Shown here in pieces: positions 27,181 through 39,644 of a stretch of 64,000 bases of DNA; position 1 is the first letter of the stretch; every line of letters begins with the position of its first letter. The DNA lies in contig JABVCE010000003.1 of assembly GCA_014905635.1 (NCBI GenBank), positions 124,001 to 188,000 of the forward strand. The letters are read 5' to 3'. The translations under genes were made by a program, and so were the position numbers. The stretch comes from Scenedesmus sp. PABB004 (lineage: Eukaryota). Below the pieces are notes generated by a model. It saw nothing but the letters and a program-made list of their open reading frames with translations, made no database searches and was not told where the DNA came from.

Positions 27181-28459
27181 ATGGCCGCCACGGGTGCGCG
27201 CAGCCGCTGCCGCGGGTCGTGGGCTGAAGCGCTGTCGCGAGCGCATCGCGTGGAGCGCCTGCCGTCCGGGCCGCGCCCCCTCGACGCCGCGCCGCCGCCG
27301 CCGCCACCGCCGCTGCCGCCCAGGCCGCAACGCCGCGGCCCTGGCGGCCGCCAGCGCGCACGACCAGAAGCAGCGCAGCTACCAGGAGCAGCTGGAGCAG
27401 TGGCAGGCCTCGTTTCAGGGCTGCACGCCGGTGCCGGGCGCAGAGCAGGTGAGCGCGGCGGCGGCCAGCCGCGCCCGCTGCACTGCGTCGGCACGCCCGC
27501 GCCCGCCCGCCCACGCGCGCCGCGCGCCGCGGTTGCAGCTGCTGATGGGCGGCGGCTACGGCGTGCTGCCCTTCGTCGGTGGGCCCACCACCGGCCGCAG
27601 CGGTGGGGCTGCTCAGCCATCTGGCGGCGGGCGCGCAACGAGCGGCGGCGCCGCGGCCTCGCAGGTGTGGGCGCAGCGGCCGCGACCTGCGCGGGCCGCG
27701 CGTGCACGCGGCGCCCTCATGCATGCTCGCAGCTGCTGCTTGCGCAAGGGGCAGCGCGCGGGCGGCGGCCGCCGGCGCGCTCAGCTGCGCGCCCCCTCGC
27801 AGGACGGCGACGCCAGCGGGGAGGAGCTGCTGGAGCTGCAGGCGCCCCCGGGGCAGCAGCAGCGCGTGCGGCGCAAGTCCTCGTACGGCGGCCTGGTGCG
27901 CGCGCCGCCGCCAGTGCAGGCGGGCCGCGAGGGGCGGGGCGCGGGGCGCGGGGCCGGGCGGCGCCCCGCCGCCAGCGTTGCGGCCGCGAGCCGTCGCCGC
28001 CGCCCGCCGCCCCGCCGCCCCACGCCGCAGAGCAAGGAGGACGCGCAGGACCTGAAGCGCAAGCAGGCCAACCGCGAGTCCGCGCGCCGCAGCCGGATGC
28101 GCAAGGCGGAGGAGGCGAGCTCGGCGCAGCAGCGCATCGCCGAGGCCGAGGCGGAGTGCGCGGCGCTCAAGCAGCAGGCGCAGCTGCTGCAGGCGGCCGT
28201 GGTGCAGCTGACGCGGCAGAAGGGCGCACTGGCCGCGCAGGTGCGCGCGCTGGGCGGCGCGGTGCGGCCAGAGGACGAGGCGGTGCCGCAGGCCGTCGCG
28301 GGCGCGGCGGCGCTGGCGCAGCACATCGCGGCGCTCGGCGCGGGGCGCAGCAGCGCCGCCGGCGACGCCGCGCCCTCGGCCTCCACGCCGTCGAGCGGCA
28401 GCCGGCAGCCGACGCAGGCGGGGCCGGCGGCGCCGGCGTCGGGGCCGGCGTCGGGCTGA
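27181..28459 (+). CDS. bZIP transcription factor, multi-exon (start uncertain)
   Basis: Basic region KRKQANRESARRSRMRK followed by a heptad zipper. Confidence 0.85.
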
Positions 28460-28857
28460 CCTCCTGTGTCGGCTGGGCGCTGGTCGCTGGCCGCGCCACC
28501 CGCGACCGTTGATCGAGGCCTTAGCGCCTTTGTGTAGGCCCCTGCCTGTCTGCCCGTTTTGCCTGCTTGGCCGCTGCCGAAATGCAGCGCGTTGACGAGT
28601 GTAATCCCTCGTCGTGACGGTGTGCGAGGGAACGCGCTGAACCCCCCCGGGTGCACGGCCGCGCGGGGTGTCTCCCATGGGGCCAGCCCGGCTGAGGCAC
28701 CCACATCCGTCCGCCCAACGATCAGACGCGCAGCGGCAGCAGCGACAGCGCACAGCCGGCGCACCGCGCTCGCGCAGCAGCAGCGGCGCCGCCGCGCTGC
28801 GCACCGCGCGCCTGCTGGGCGGGCCTGCGCCGGCGTTGGCACGTCGGAGGCGGCAGC

Positions 28858-31200
28858 ATGCAGCGCACGCCCAAACCGGAACCGCTGGAGGGCCACCCCC
28901 GCTACGAGAAGGTGGGCGCGGCCGGGTGCATGATCGATCCGCGCCCCTCCCCGCGCGCTGCCGCGTCCGACGGCGCTGCGCGGCCGACTCCGGTGGGCCC
29001 TGGTGCGCCGCAGATTCGGGACCTCAACAGCGGCACGTTTGGCTTCGTGCAGCTCGCACGGGACAAGCAGACTGGCGAGCTCATCGCGTGCAAGTTCATC
29101 GAGCGCGGCGAGAAGGTGCGCGCGCGCCCCGCCATCGTGCCGGGAGCGGTCCGGGCCACCTCTACGCGCGGGCGGAGGACCCACGCGCGCTTGGCGGGCG
29201 GTCGCGGTGGTGAGCGCTGGCAATGCCGGCAAGGCTCGCACCGATGAGGGCTGCCCGGCCGCCCCGCAGGTCACCAAGTACGTGGAGCGGGAGATCCTGA
29301 ACCACAGATGCCTGGTGCACCCCCACATCGTGCAGTTCAAGGAGGTGCGCGGCGGGCGCCGCTCGGCGGTCGGCGCAGCAGCGGCGGCGCGGCGCGGCGC
29401 GCCGCGCGGCCGCAGCAGCGACCGGCCTCGCGCCACGGCGGCCGCGGCGGCTTTGGCAGTGACGCGGCGCCCTGGCGAGCGCCATGCGGCGGCGGCGGCC
29501 GTCGCGCAGCGTGCGAGCAGGGGAGCGAGCGCGGCACGCCCGCCGCGGCGCCGCGCAGGTGTTCCTCACCTCGCAACACCTCGGCATCGCCATGGAGTTT
29601 GCGAGCGGCGGCGACATGTTTGAGTACGTGGTGAAGAAGAACGGCCTGCGCGAGGAGGAGGCGCGCTGGTTCTTCCAGCAGCTCATCGTCGGCCTCGACT
29701 ACTGCCACCGCATGGTGCGCCGCGCCACCGCCCGCGGCGCCGGCGGCGCCAGCCAGACGCGCCCGCGGCCGCAGTGGCGCCGGCGGCGGCGGCGGACCGC
29801 GGCAGCAGCTGCGCCGGCGGCGGCAGCGCCAGCAGGCTGGGCAAGCGGCGGGCGCGGTGCAGCGGGCGCAGCGACGCGCAGCGACGCGCCCTGCCCGCGC
29901 GTCGCGTCGCCGCGCAGGGCGTGGTCAACCGGGACATCAAGCTGGAGAACACGTTGCTGGACAGCAGCCCGCGGCCGCTGGTCAAAATCTGCGACTTTGG
30001 CTACTCAAAGGCACGCACCGCCGCGCCGCTGCGGGCCGCGCGGCGCGCCGCCGCGGGCCGCGCGGCGAGCCGCCGCGGCGAGCGGCGGCGGGCGAACGAG
30101 CCGCCGCCGCGGCGAGCGGCGGCGTGGGTGGGCGGGCGGGCACGCCGAGGCGCACGCCGCCCCGCGCCGCGCCGCGCGCCGCAGCACGAGAAGTTCCAGA
30201 GCGCGCCCGGCAGCCGCGTGGGCACGCCGGCGTACCTCGCGCCCGAGGTCATCCTCACCACGCGCGGCAAGACCTACGACGGCAAGGTGCGTGCCCGCGC
30301 CACGTCGCGTGTGTGCACGTGCGCCGCGCGTGCCGCGTGCCGCCCGCCCCGCCCCGCCCACCCGCCCCTCCCGCCGCGCCGCGCCGCGGCGCGCAGGTGG
30401 CTGACATCTGGAGCTGCGGCGTGATGCTGTACGTGATGCTGGTGGGGGCGTACCCCTTTGAGCGGCCCGAGGACAAGAGCGACTCCCAGAAGCTGCAGAA
30501 GATGATCCAGGCGCGCCCCCCTGCACGCGCCCCCCTGCACGCGCCCGCGCGCACTGCGTGGGCGCCGCCGCCAGCCGGCGCCGCCCGCGCGGTCTGGCGC
30601 TCCCGCCGCCTGGCCAGCCGGCCCTCTCTGACTCCTCCCTCCCCGCGCTCCGCCGCGCCCCCGGGCCGACGCCCCATGCATCGCCCACCTTCCCACAGCG
30701 CATCCTCAAGGTCGACTACCACATACCCAGCCACATCAAGCTCTCGCCCGAGGGCCACGACCTGCTGCGCCGCGTGCTCGTCGCCGACCCGGCGCAGCGC
30801 ATCAACGTGGCCGCCATCTACGACCACCCCTGGTACGCCAAGCACCTGCCCCCGGGCGTCAAGGAGATGAACGACCGGCCGCAGCCGCTGCCGGAGGGCC
30901 TGCAGAGCGTGGAGGAGATCAGCCGCATCATGCAGGCGCGGCGGGGGCGGCGGCGGCGGCGGGGGGGACGGGGAGCGGGACGGGGGGACGAGGGAGGGAG
31001 CGCGGGCCAGCTGGGCGGGCGCGGCCGGCCAACGGCTGGCTGACCCCGCGCCCGCCCGCGCCGCGCCGCGCCGGTCCGCGGGCGCGCAGGAGTCGCGGCA
31101 CCCCGGCACGGGCGGCGGCGCAGGGCTGCAGGAGACTGACGACTACATCGACGACGCGATGGAGAGCTACGAGGCGAGCCTCGACTACCCAGACGCGTGA
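28858..31200 (+). CDS. SnRK2: SNF1-related protein kinase 2 (SnRK2), multi-exon
   Basis: DLNSGTFGFVQLARDK, EREILNHRCLVHPHIVQFKEV, NRDIKLENTLLD, KICDFGYSK, VGTPAYLAPEV, ADIWSCGV, and an acidic tail. Confidence 0.93.
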
Positions 31201-32502
31201 GCCACGCGCGAGCCACGGCGACACGCGATGACGCACCCACGACCCCAGGCAGCCTGGGGCGCGCCCCGACGCCACGCGCGGGCGCGCGGCGGCGCAGCAG
31301 AGCCCCAGCGGGCGGCAGCGCGCGCGCGCGGCGCGGCCGGGCCGGGCGGGGGCGCCCGCGCGGTCGCGCGGCGGCGGGCGCCAGCGCGCCGCGGGGGCTG
31401 GCGCGCTGCGGGGCTGGCGCCCCGCAGCGGCGCGGTGGGGGAGGGGGGGTAGACAGGCGCTGCAGCGGTGCACCTGGCGGGGGGAGGTGCGCGCGCGGGC
31501 TGGCGGGGGGCTTGCAACCCCTGTGCGTGGAGGGGCGGGGCGGGAATCAGGGGGGACGGTGTGCCCTGGCACGGAATGGGAGGCGGCGGGGCTGGCGGGG
31601 CGCAGCTGGCCCGCCCGCTGCCGCTGGGCTGCGCGAGCGCATGCGTTGCGCGCCCGCGTGGCGACGCCCGACGACTGTGTCCTGGGCGGGCGGGGCCTCG
31701 CGCGCCGTTTGATGAGGCTGCGGTGAGCACAGCCGGGTTGTGCGTGCGGGGGGAGTTGAGGCTGCAGCGCGCGCGCAGCAGCGCGCCGGGCTGCCCGCGC
31801 GCGGCGGCGCCGCCGCCGCGCCCTGCTGCTCCCCCGTGCTGCCGTCGGTGCGCGGGCCGCTGGCGCTGCTGGCGCTGCTGCTGCCGAGGCAACGCGCGGG
31901 GCCGTTGCCGTCGCAGTTGCCAGCTCCGCGCCCGCGCACACGCGCGATCACGCGCAGGCCGCTCGGCCGCCGCGCGTGCGCGGGGCAAAGAAGAACAGCA
32001 CGCTCAGCACTCCGCGGGCGCGCGCGGCGCGGGGATTGGCGCCGCTCGCGATCACCCCTTGATTGACTCCTCAATTGGCCGCGCACGAATCAATGATAGA
32101 CCTGGGAAATGGGGGAGAATACAAAGCCCACAGCAGAGCAGCGCGCGCAGGCATATCCCCGCGCGTCCGCCGCAGGTTTGTGAACGCTCCGATGCTCGCA
32201 GTGGTTGCCTGTTGGTACAAACGCCGCCCAGCTACAGCGGCGGCGGGCCCGTGCCCGCCTGCCAGGGATACTGCCGTCGCGTCATTGCGCCGGCGGCGCG
32301 CCGCGCCCAAGAGCGGCGCGCGGGGCCTGCCGTCAGCGACGCAGCACACAAGCGCAGCATGGGAGTCCAGGAGTCCACGAGCGCGCGCACCGCCGCGCCC
32401 ACCGCGCTGGCGGCGGCGCGGCGGGGCGGCGCTCGAGGTAACGTACAGAGGCCTCCCCCCCAGGCTGGCGGGAGGGGAGAGGGTACAGCACGCGCCGCGC
32501 GC

Positions 32503-34092
32503 TCAGAACGAGCCCTGCCCGCGCAGGCTCGCGCCCTGGCGGCCCGGCGCCAGCGCCGCGCGCAGGCGCAGCACGGCGGCGGCAAAGGGGTTGGCGGCAG
32601 CCGCCGCCGCCGCGGCCGCGCGCGCGGCGACCTCGCCGCCGCCGTCGGCGTCGGCGTCCTCGTCCGCGTCGGCGGGGAAGCCGAGCGCGGCGGCGTCCTT
32701 CCAGCCGTCGACGACGGCAAAGGCGCAGTCGGTCTCGATGCCGAGGTTGACCGACCCGCCGGTGCCCCCAAACGCGGCGCTCGTGACAATCCTGAAGAAC
32801 CCGCCCTCACCCCAGGGCTCGCCCCAGCTGCGCGCGCGCGCGGGCGCAGGCGCGGGCGCGGCGGCGGCGTTGGCCCCTCGTCGGGCGACGCAGCGGCGCG
32901 CGCCGGGGCGGGGCCGGCGCGCGCGCGCGCGCGCGCGCGCGGCGCACCTGTTGCGCACGATCCAGTGCTCCTGCCCGTCCGCCACGCCCCAGCCGACGAC
33001 CGAGACGACGTGGTTGATCTCCGCGCGGCCGCCCGTGTCCTGCGCAAACACGCCGCCCGCGTACTTGTCGAGCGCGGAGGTCGCGTAGATGCCGCACGAG
33101 ATGGGGCCGCGCGCCGCGATCTCCGCCTTCATCGCCGCGCGGCCCGACAGCGCGCCGTGCTGGGTCACGGTGAGGCGCTTGTACGCGTAGATCGGCGCGC
33201 ACGCGCCGTCGGGGTCGCACGTGAAGCACTGGTGCTTGCGGTTGCACTGCTGGTTGTGCGCGACGTAGGTGTTGCAGGTGTCGACCGGGATGCCGTGCCG
33301 CGCCGCGTACGCGTACACGCGCTTGTCGTCGCCGCCGTTGCAGCTGCCCGCGTCGCCGCAGTCGATGACGTTCTGGACGCTCAGCAGCGCCGACGGCCAC
33401 GCGCCCTGCGCGGGGGCAGGGGGGCGGCGCGGTGGGCGGTGGCAGCGCTGCGCGCCGGCGTGGCGCGGGCGCCGCCGCCGGCCGCCGCGGGCGCCGCCGG
33501 CCGCCGGCCGCCGCCCACCTTGCGCACGATGTTGATGCGATCCGCGAGCGCCGAGGTCGAGGCAAACGCCCAGCAGCCGCCGCAGTAGTTGGGGATGTGC
33601 TGGTTGCGCACGACCGAGGCGTAGCTCGTGCCGTCGACGTTGCGCCTGCGGCGGCGGGCGGCGGCGTGCGGCGGTGCGGCGTCGGGCGGCGCCCGCATGC
33701 GCGCCAGCCACCGCGCATGTGGCGCCCAGCCCGGCGCGCCCACGCCGGCCACGGGCGGGCTGCCCGCGGCGGCGGCGGCGCGGCGGCGGCTGCACTGTCA
33801 GCGTGCGCACCAGTCCAGCGCCGCCGGCAGCTCGTCCTCGGTCGTCAGCTCATGCGGCAGCGGGCCCGTGCTGCGAGAGCGCGCGGCCGATTGCAGGGTG
33901 GGCGGCCGAGCGCGGCGCGGGAGCGGCCGGCGCGCGCGGGCGGGCCCGGCGCTGCCGCACGAACATGTGCGGTGTGTACTCCGCGCTCCGCACGACGTTG
34001 CTGGCCCAGCGGCTGGGCGGGCTCGCGGGGAGGACCGTGATTTCGGCCCCGGCGGCGGCCAGGCACGCCAGCAGCAGCACCGCGGGGCGCAT
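32503..34092 (-). CDS. Cathepsin Z/X-like papain-family cysteine protease, multi-exon
   Basis: Signal peptide, [67 protein letters not shown]. Confidence 0.93.
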
Positions 34093-34416
34093 TGTGGTGG
34101 CGAGGAGCCCGCGACGGCAGCAGGCAGCAGATCGGGGCGCCGGGTGACCTGGACGGGCTGCGGGGTGGGCCGGGGAGCGGGCGGGGGCGACACCAAGCTC
34201 CAGCGGCGAGCGGCGGCGCCGCCGAGGGTCTAGCGTCTCGGTGGCGATTAGCGTCGCGCGCTCGACCCGCGCCCTCAAAAGCCCGCCCGCTCGCGCCCGC
34301 CGGCCACAGAGACGCCTCCAAGCTCTCAATTTTCTCGCCTGCCTGCACCCGCCGCCCGCGCCCGCCGCGCCCGCACCGCCGCACCGCCGCTCGCTTTTCT
34401 CGCGCTCCCGCCCGCC

Positions 34417-35593
34417 ATGGCGCCGCTGCCGCTCGCGTCGCTGCGCCACATCCCCGCAGGTGCGACCGCGCGCGAACGCAGGCGGCGCCGCCGGCAGCGC
34501 CGCCGAGCGGCCGGGCGGCCAGGCTGCTGCCAGCGGCAGCTGGCAGCCCGCTGCTCACACGCCGCGCCGTGCCGCCCGCCGCCCGCAGCCTCGCTGCACG
34601 TGAGCAAGCCCACGTGGTGGCTGGAGTCGCGCTTCCACTTCAGCTTTGCCGACTGGTGGGACCCCGCGCGCCAGAACTTTGGCGCGCTGCGCGTGGTCAA
34701 CGATGACATCGTCGCCCCGCGCGCGGGCTTCGGGTGAGTGCGCCCGCCCGCCCGCCCGCCCGCCGGCAGCATCGCGCCGCGCTCCCCGCGAGCGCCGCCT
34801 CCTGACGCGCCGCCGCCGCCGCCGCCGCGTCGTCGCCGCCGCGAAGGGCGCACCCGCACCGGCATGCTGAAATTTTTAGCTACGTCCTGGACGGCAGCCT
34901 GAGCCACGCCGACAGCATGGGCAGCAAGGAGTCCCTGCCGCGCGGGTGCATCCAGTACATGAGCGCCGGCACCGGCGTCACGCACTCGGTGAGCAGCGAG
35001 GCTCAGCAGCGCCGCCGCGCCGCGCCGCCGGCCGGCCGGCCGGCCGCGCGCCCGCCGCCGCAGCGCGCGCCGCGCCGCGCCGCACCGCGCTGACCCGCCC
35101 GCCGCCCGCCCGCCCGCGCGCGCGCTTTTTGCAGGAGATGAACGACCACGCCGACCCCTGCCGCTTCATCCAGGTGTGGATCACGCCCGACCGCGGCGCG
35201 CCGGGGTACGGCGCGCCCAAGTACGGCTCGACCCGGCACGCGCCCGGCGCGCGGCGCAACCGGCTGCTCCACCTCCTCGGCGGCACCACGCCCGCGCCGG
35301 CGTGGCCGCGTGTGAACGGCGAGGGCCGCCAGGCGCTGCACGCGGACGCCAACGTGTTTGTGTGCGAGAGCGACGCCGGCGACGCGCACGACCTCGAGCT
35401 CGGGCCGGGCCGGCAGGCCTACCTGCTCTGCATGGAGGGCTCGCTCGCCGCCAACGAGCGGCAGCTCGGCGCGCGCGACGCGGCCGAGGTGCGCGGCGCC
35501 GGCGCGGGGGGCGGCCCGACGGCGCTGTCGCTCGTCGCGGGCGAGGGCGGGGCGCACTTCATGATCATCGAGATGGCCCTGGCCGCCGAGTGA
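34417..35593 (+). CDS. Pirin family (YhhW-like) protein, multi-exon
   Basis: WLESRFHFSFADWWDP, FGALRVVNDD, SHADSMG, IQYMSAGTGVTHSEMN, FIQVWITPD. Confidence 0.92.
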
Positions 35594-36278
35594 GTGACAG
35601 CATGCGGCGCGGCCTCGGCCGGCCAGCGGGCCGGCAGCATTGGAGGGGACAGGGGGTTGTGCATCTGACGCAGGAGTGTGCCATGACAGCATGTAAGCAA
35701 GTCGTCGGGGGGAGGGGGAGGGGGGCCTGCCATGACCGGGGGCTGCGACACCGCCCGCGGGGCCAGCACTGCTGCTGACGGCGGGCTGCGCTGCGTGACG
35801 GACGCCTGCGTGACGGTGTGCTGTAACCGAGACGTTGCTCAGAGTTACGCGGGCCGCCGCCCCACCCACAACGCCGACACCAACGGGCACGCACGATCAG
35901 CAGCACACAGGCACGCGCACATGTCGACAGATCGGCCCTGCAGCGGGGCGCAGGTTTTTGAGCGGCAGCCAGCTAGCTAGGATAGACACACTCGGCCGCG
36001 CTCGCACAGGAGAGGGGAGTACAACGGGCTGCGCAAGGGTGGTACAGCAGGCAGCGCAGAGTCTGGTGTACACAAGGGCGTGTGTGCGGTGCCGCCGGCC
36101 GGCTGGTCTGGGTCCAGGCGGACCGAGCCGCGCTCGCACGGGGCCGCTCGAGCAAAACACACAGCGCAGTCCGCGCGGGTGGGGGGAATGCCGCCCCTCC
36201 CGGCGCTCTCTGGCTAGGGCGCGCGCCGCGCGGGGCGGGGCGAGGCGCTTTGCAGCCTCGCGCCCTCGGCCCCCGCCG

Positions 36279-38942
36279 TCAGCGCTGCGGCGCGCCGCCG
36301 CCGCCGCCGGGCGGTGCGCGCGGCGGCAGGCGCTGCAGCGTGGTGAGGAAGGCCTCGCCAAGGTGGGGCACGGTGACCTCGCCGCGCGTGACGGCCTCAA
36401 TGTCGAGCAGCGTGTGGACCGTCTTGACCTTGGCGTGCGCCTTGCTGCTCACAAAGGGCCGCAGCAGCGTGAGCGCGGCGCGCGCGAGCATGCTGGGCTG
36501 CAGCAGGAGCACGTGCTTCACGTTCTTGCGGAACGCACGCGGCAGCGACTGGTACGCGCGCACGCACCACACGCCCGGCAGCAGCCGGAAGCCGGGGCTC
36601 GGCGCGAGCGAGACCAGCACGAGCACGTACGGGCCCTGCGGCGGCACAGCAGCGCGGCGGCGCGGGGGTGAGGGCGGCGGCGGCGGCAGGGGAGCGGCGC
36701 TGCGGCGGCGCGCGCGCACCCGCGAGACGACCGGCCCGAGGCGCGCCAGGAGGTACGCGAGCGCGGCGTCCCGGGGCGCGGCGTGCGCGCCCGCGGGGAT
36801 GGCGTCGGTGTTGACCACAACGACCGGCCGCCCGTGCGCGTCGCGGCCGCCCAGGAACAGCAGGCCGCCGAGCGCGGCGTCGTCCGCCTCGCTCGCGCTG
36901 CGAGGCAGGTCGGCCGTGTGCTCCACGAGCACCGCGTCCGCCTCAAAGCTCCCGCCCCCGCCCGCAGCGGGCGCGGCGGGCGGCGCGGGCGCGGCGGGCC
37001 AGCCCACGGCGGCGGCGGCGGCGGCCCGCGCGCCCGCCAGGCGCGCGCCCACGCCCGCCGCCGCCGCGGCGAGCGGCTGCGGCACCGTGCTGCTCAGCCA
37101 CTGCCCCAGCGCGCCGGGCGCGCCCCAGGCGCCGCCGCCGGCAGGCGCGCTGGGCAGGCGGTGCCGCGCCTGCGCGTCCTGCTGCGGCTGCGTCGGCGCG
37201 GCGCTCCACTGCTGCTGCCCCGCCGAGCGCCGGATGGCCAGGCCCGAGCCCAGGCCGCCGGCGGCGGCGCCGCCACCGGGCTCGCCGTCGCCCGGCGCAT
37301 GCGCATGCGCCCGGGGGCCGCCGCCGGGCGCCTGCTGCGGCTGCCCCGCGTGCGGCGCGGCGCCCGGGCGGCGGCCATGGAAGAAGTAGGAGTCGTTCAG
37401 CGCCACCACGGCGCGCTCGACCGCCTGCGCCGCCGCCGGCGGCAGCGCCTGGTGCGCGGTGAGCCAGCCGGGGCGCGGCGCCGCGGCCGCGGGGTGCAGC
37501 GACGCGCTGAGCGAGAGGTCGACCAGCTCGCTCTGCCGCAGCATCACGCTGCTCGCCGCGCCTGGGTGGTGGTGGCTGTACCCCGGCGGCGCCTGCCCAG
37601 GCGCCGCCGCCCAGCCGCCGCCGCCGCCGGCGGCGGCGGCGGCGGCGGCGGCGTAGTAGCGCCCTGCGGCCGCGTCGCCGTCAAACTCGTCGTCGGCCTC
37701 GCCCGCCTCGCCGCCCGCCGCCTCGGCCGCTTCGGCAACCGCCTCTGTTGCCGCCTCTGCCGCTGCCTCTGCCGCCGCCTCGGCCGCCTCTGCCGGCTGC
37801 ACCACGGTGAAGCTCGGCGTGGGTGGGCTCGAGCCCAGGCTCGGCGGGCCCACGTCCTGCCAGGCCTCCTCCGCCGCTCCCGCGCAGGCGCCGCGCGGCG
37901 GCCGCCCCTCCTCGTGTTGCTGCTGCTCCTGCTGCTGCCACGCCGGCTCAGCCGCTGGCGCGCCGCCCTCCGGCGGCGACTGCTCGCGGGACGCGGGGGA
38001 CTGCTGCGGGCTGCCAGCGGCCGCGCCGGGCTCGTGCTGCTGCGGGGGCTGGGCGCCGAGCGCGGACGCCTCCAGCCTGGAGCGCGCCGCCGCAAAGCTG
38101 TCGGTCGACTGCGCCGCGTGCGCCGAGGCCCGGCTGGCGGTCGTCATGCACGAGTGCCAGCTCGTGGCGGGCGAGGCGAAGCCATCGGCGTCGGCGTCGC
38201 CGCCGCCGGGCGCGGCGCGCCGCTCCTGCTCCGCCGCTGGCGCCTCCACCTCCTGCGCCGCCGCCGCCGCCACTGCCTGCGCCGCCTCTGCCGCCGGCGC
38301 GTCGGGGGGCGGCGCCGCTGCCTCCTGCTCGTCGGGCACCTCGTCGATGTCAGGCACGCTGCCGCCCGACCCGGCGGGGCTCGCCGGCCCCGCCTGGCCG
38401 CCCGCGGCCTCGAGGCCGCCGCCGCTGGGCCCCGGCTCGCCCGGGCAGGCCGCTGCGCTTGCGTGGTCGCTGCCGTGCGGCGCCGTCGACGGCTCGCTGT
38501 GCTCGCCCGCCGCGGCCGGGGCGCACGGCGGCGGGCCGCGCGCCGCCGCGCCCTCGGGCGCCTGCTGCGCCGGCGACGCCGGGCGCAGGGGCAGCTCGGG
38601 CCCCTCTGCCCACGCGGCCGGCGGCGGGATCAGCCCCGGGGCCAGCTCTGCCGCGGGCAGCATGTCCTCGGGCGCGAGGCCAAAGCCCGACCCCCGCCCG
38701 CTGCTGGGCCCGCCGCTGGCGCCGCTGTCGCCGAGCGCGGCGCCCGCCGCAGCGTCGGCGGCGCTGCACGCGGCGTCGAGCGCGCCGTCGTCGGTGAACG
38801 GCAGCGGCGGCGGCGGCGCGGGGGGCGCGGGGGGCACGGGCGGCGCGGCGGCGCCCCACAGCCCCGGCGGGTGGTCGTCCAGGCCAAGGAAGACATCGTC
38901 GAGGAACGGGTCCAGCGGCTCCAGCCCCAGCTCGTCCGCCAT
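36279..38942 (-). CDS. Protein with a C-terminal BCH/CRAL-TRIO-like (BNIP-2) domain and a long disordered N-terminus
   Basis: LFLGGRDAHGRPVVVV...WCVRAYQSLPRAFRKNVKHVLLLQPS...LLRPFVSSKAHAKV. Confidence 0.8.
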   Translation of the reverse strand: MADELGLEPLDPFLDDVFLGLDDHPPGLWGAAAPPVPPAPPAPPPPLPFTDDGALDAACSAADAAAGAALGDSGASGGPSSGRGSGFGLAPEDMLPAAELAPGLIPPPAAWAEGPELPLRPASPAQQAPEGAAARGPPPCAPAAAGEHSEPSTAPHGSDHASAAACPGEPGPSGGGLEAAGGQAGPASPAGSGGSVPDIDEVPDEQEAAAPPPDAPAAEAAQAVAAAAAQEVEAPAAEQERRAAPGGGDADADGFASPATSWHSCMTTASRASAHAAQSTDSFAAARSRLEASALGAQPPQQHEPGAAAGSPQQSPASREQSPPEGGAPAAEPAWQQQEQQQHEEGRPPRGACAGAAEEAWQDVGPPSLGSSPPTPSFTVVQPAEAAEAAAEAAAEAATEAVAEAAEAAGGEAGEADDEFDGDAAAGRYYAAAAAAAAGGGGGWAAAPGQAPPGYSHHHPGAASSVMLRQSELVDLSLSASLHPAAAAPRPGWLTAHQALPPAAAQAVERAVVALNDSYFFHGRRPGAAPHAGQPQQAPGGGPRAHAHAPGDGEPGGGAAAGGLGSGLAIRRSAGQQQWSAAPTQPQQDAQARHRLPSAPAGGGAWGAPGALGQWLSSTVPQPLAAAAAGVGARLAGARAAAAAAVGWPAAPAPPAAPAAGGGGSFEADAVLVEHTADLPRSASEADDAALGGLLFLGGRDAHGRPVVVVNTDAIPAGAHAAPRDAALAYLLARLGPVVSRVRARRRSAAPLPPPPPSPPRRRAAVPPQGPYVLVLVSLAPSPGFRLLPGVWCVRAYQSLPRAFRKNVKHVLLLQPSMLARAALTLLRPFVSSKAHAKVKTVHTLLDIEAVTRGEVTVPHLGEAFLTTLQRLPPRAPPGGGGGAPQR

Positions 38943-38981
38943 CACGGCGGCTCGGGCGGCTCAACTCATGCGGCCCGCGCC

Positions 38982-39067
38982 GTCGGCCGCGCCGCTCGGC
39001 TCCGTGTGGCGGCGGCGCCCGCTGCGGGCGTCGGCCGCGCCGCTCGGCTCCGTGTGGCGGCGGCGCC
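38982..39067. repeat. Two-copy tandem repeat, period 48 bp, upstream of the BCH gene
   Basis: GTCGGCCGCGCCGCTCGGCTCCGTGTGGCGGCGGCGCC at 38982 and 39030. Confidence 0.85.
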
Positions 39068-39644
39068 TGCTGCGTCGCGCGAGCAGCGGGGCGGGTCGAG
39101 GCGGGGCGCACAGCGCGTGAGGCGGCAGGCCGCCGGAATTGGCCACCGTGAGGGGCCTGGCGGGGCCGGGAGCGGCCTGGCTGGGCTGTGAGGTGGGGCG
39201 CCCCGCATGAATTGGCCCGCCACGCTCGAGCGGCAGCCCCGCGCGCCCTGGCGCGCCCAGCAACGCCACAGACAGACACTCGGCGTGCTCAGGGTCCGGC
39301 ACTGCGCCCCAGCCGCGGCGCCGCGGCGCACCTCGGGGCAGGCTCTGCCGCGGCGGACGCCCGCGGGCGTGTGGGCGTGGCTGGCGGGCTTGGAGAGCGA
39401 CGCGGGACTGCGAGCCATGGCGGGGCAGCGGCAAGGCTGCAGATGGCGACGCTCAAACCGCGACGCTCGGCGCCGCCGCGGCGCACTCTCCGCAATCGCC
39501 TGGAGCTTGGCGCAGCTCAGATCCCGCCAGACGCTCGCCGCAGGCCCAACGCCGCCGCGATACCGCAACCGCTCGCGCACCGCTCGCGCCCGCCGACCCG
39601 CGACCGCCGACCCGCGACCGCCGCGCCGGGCGGCAGCGGAGGCC

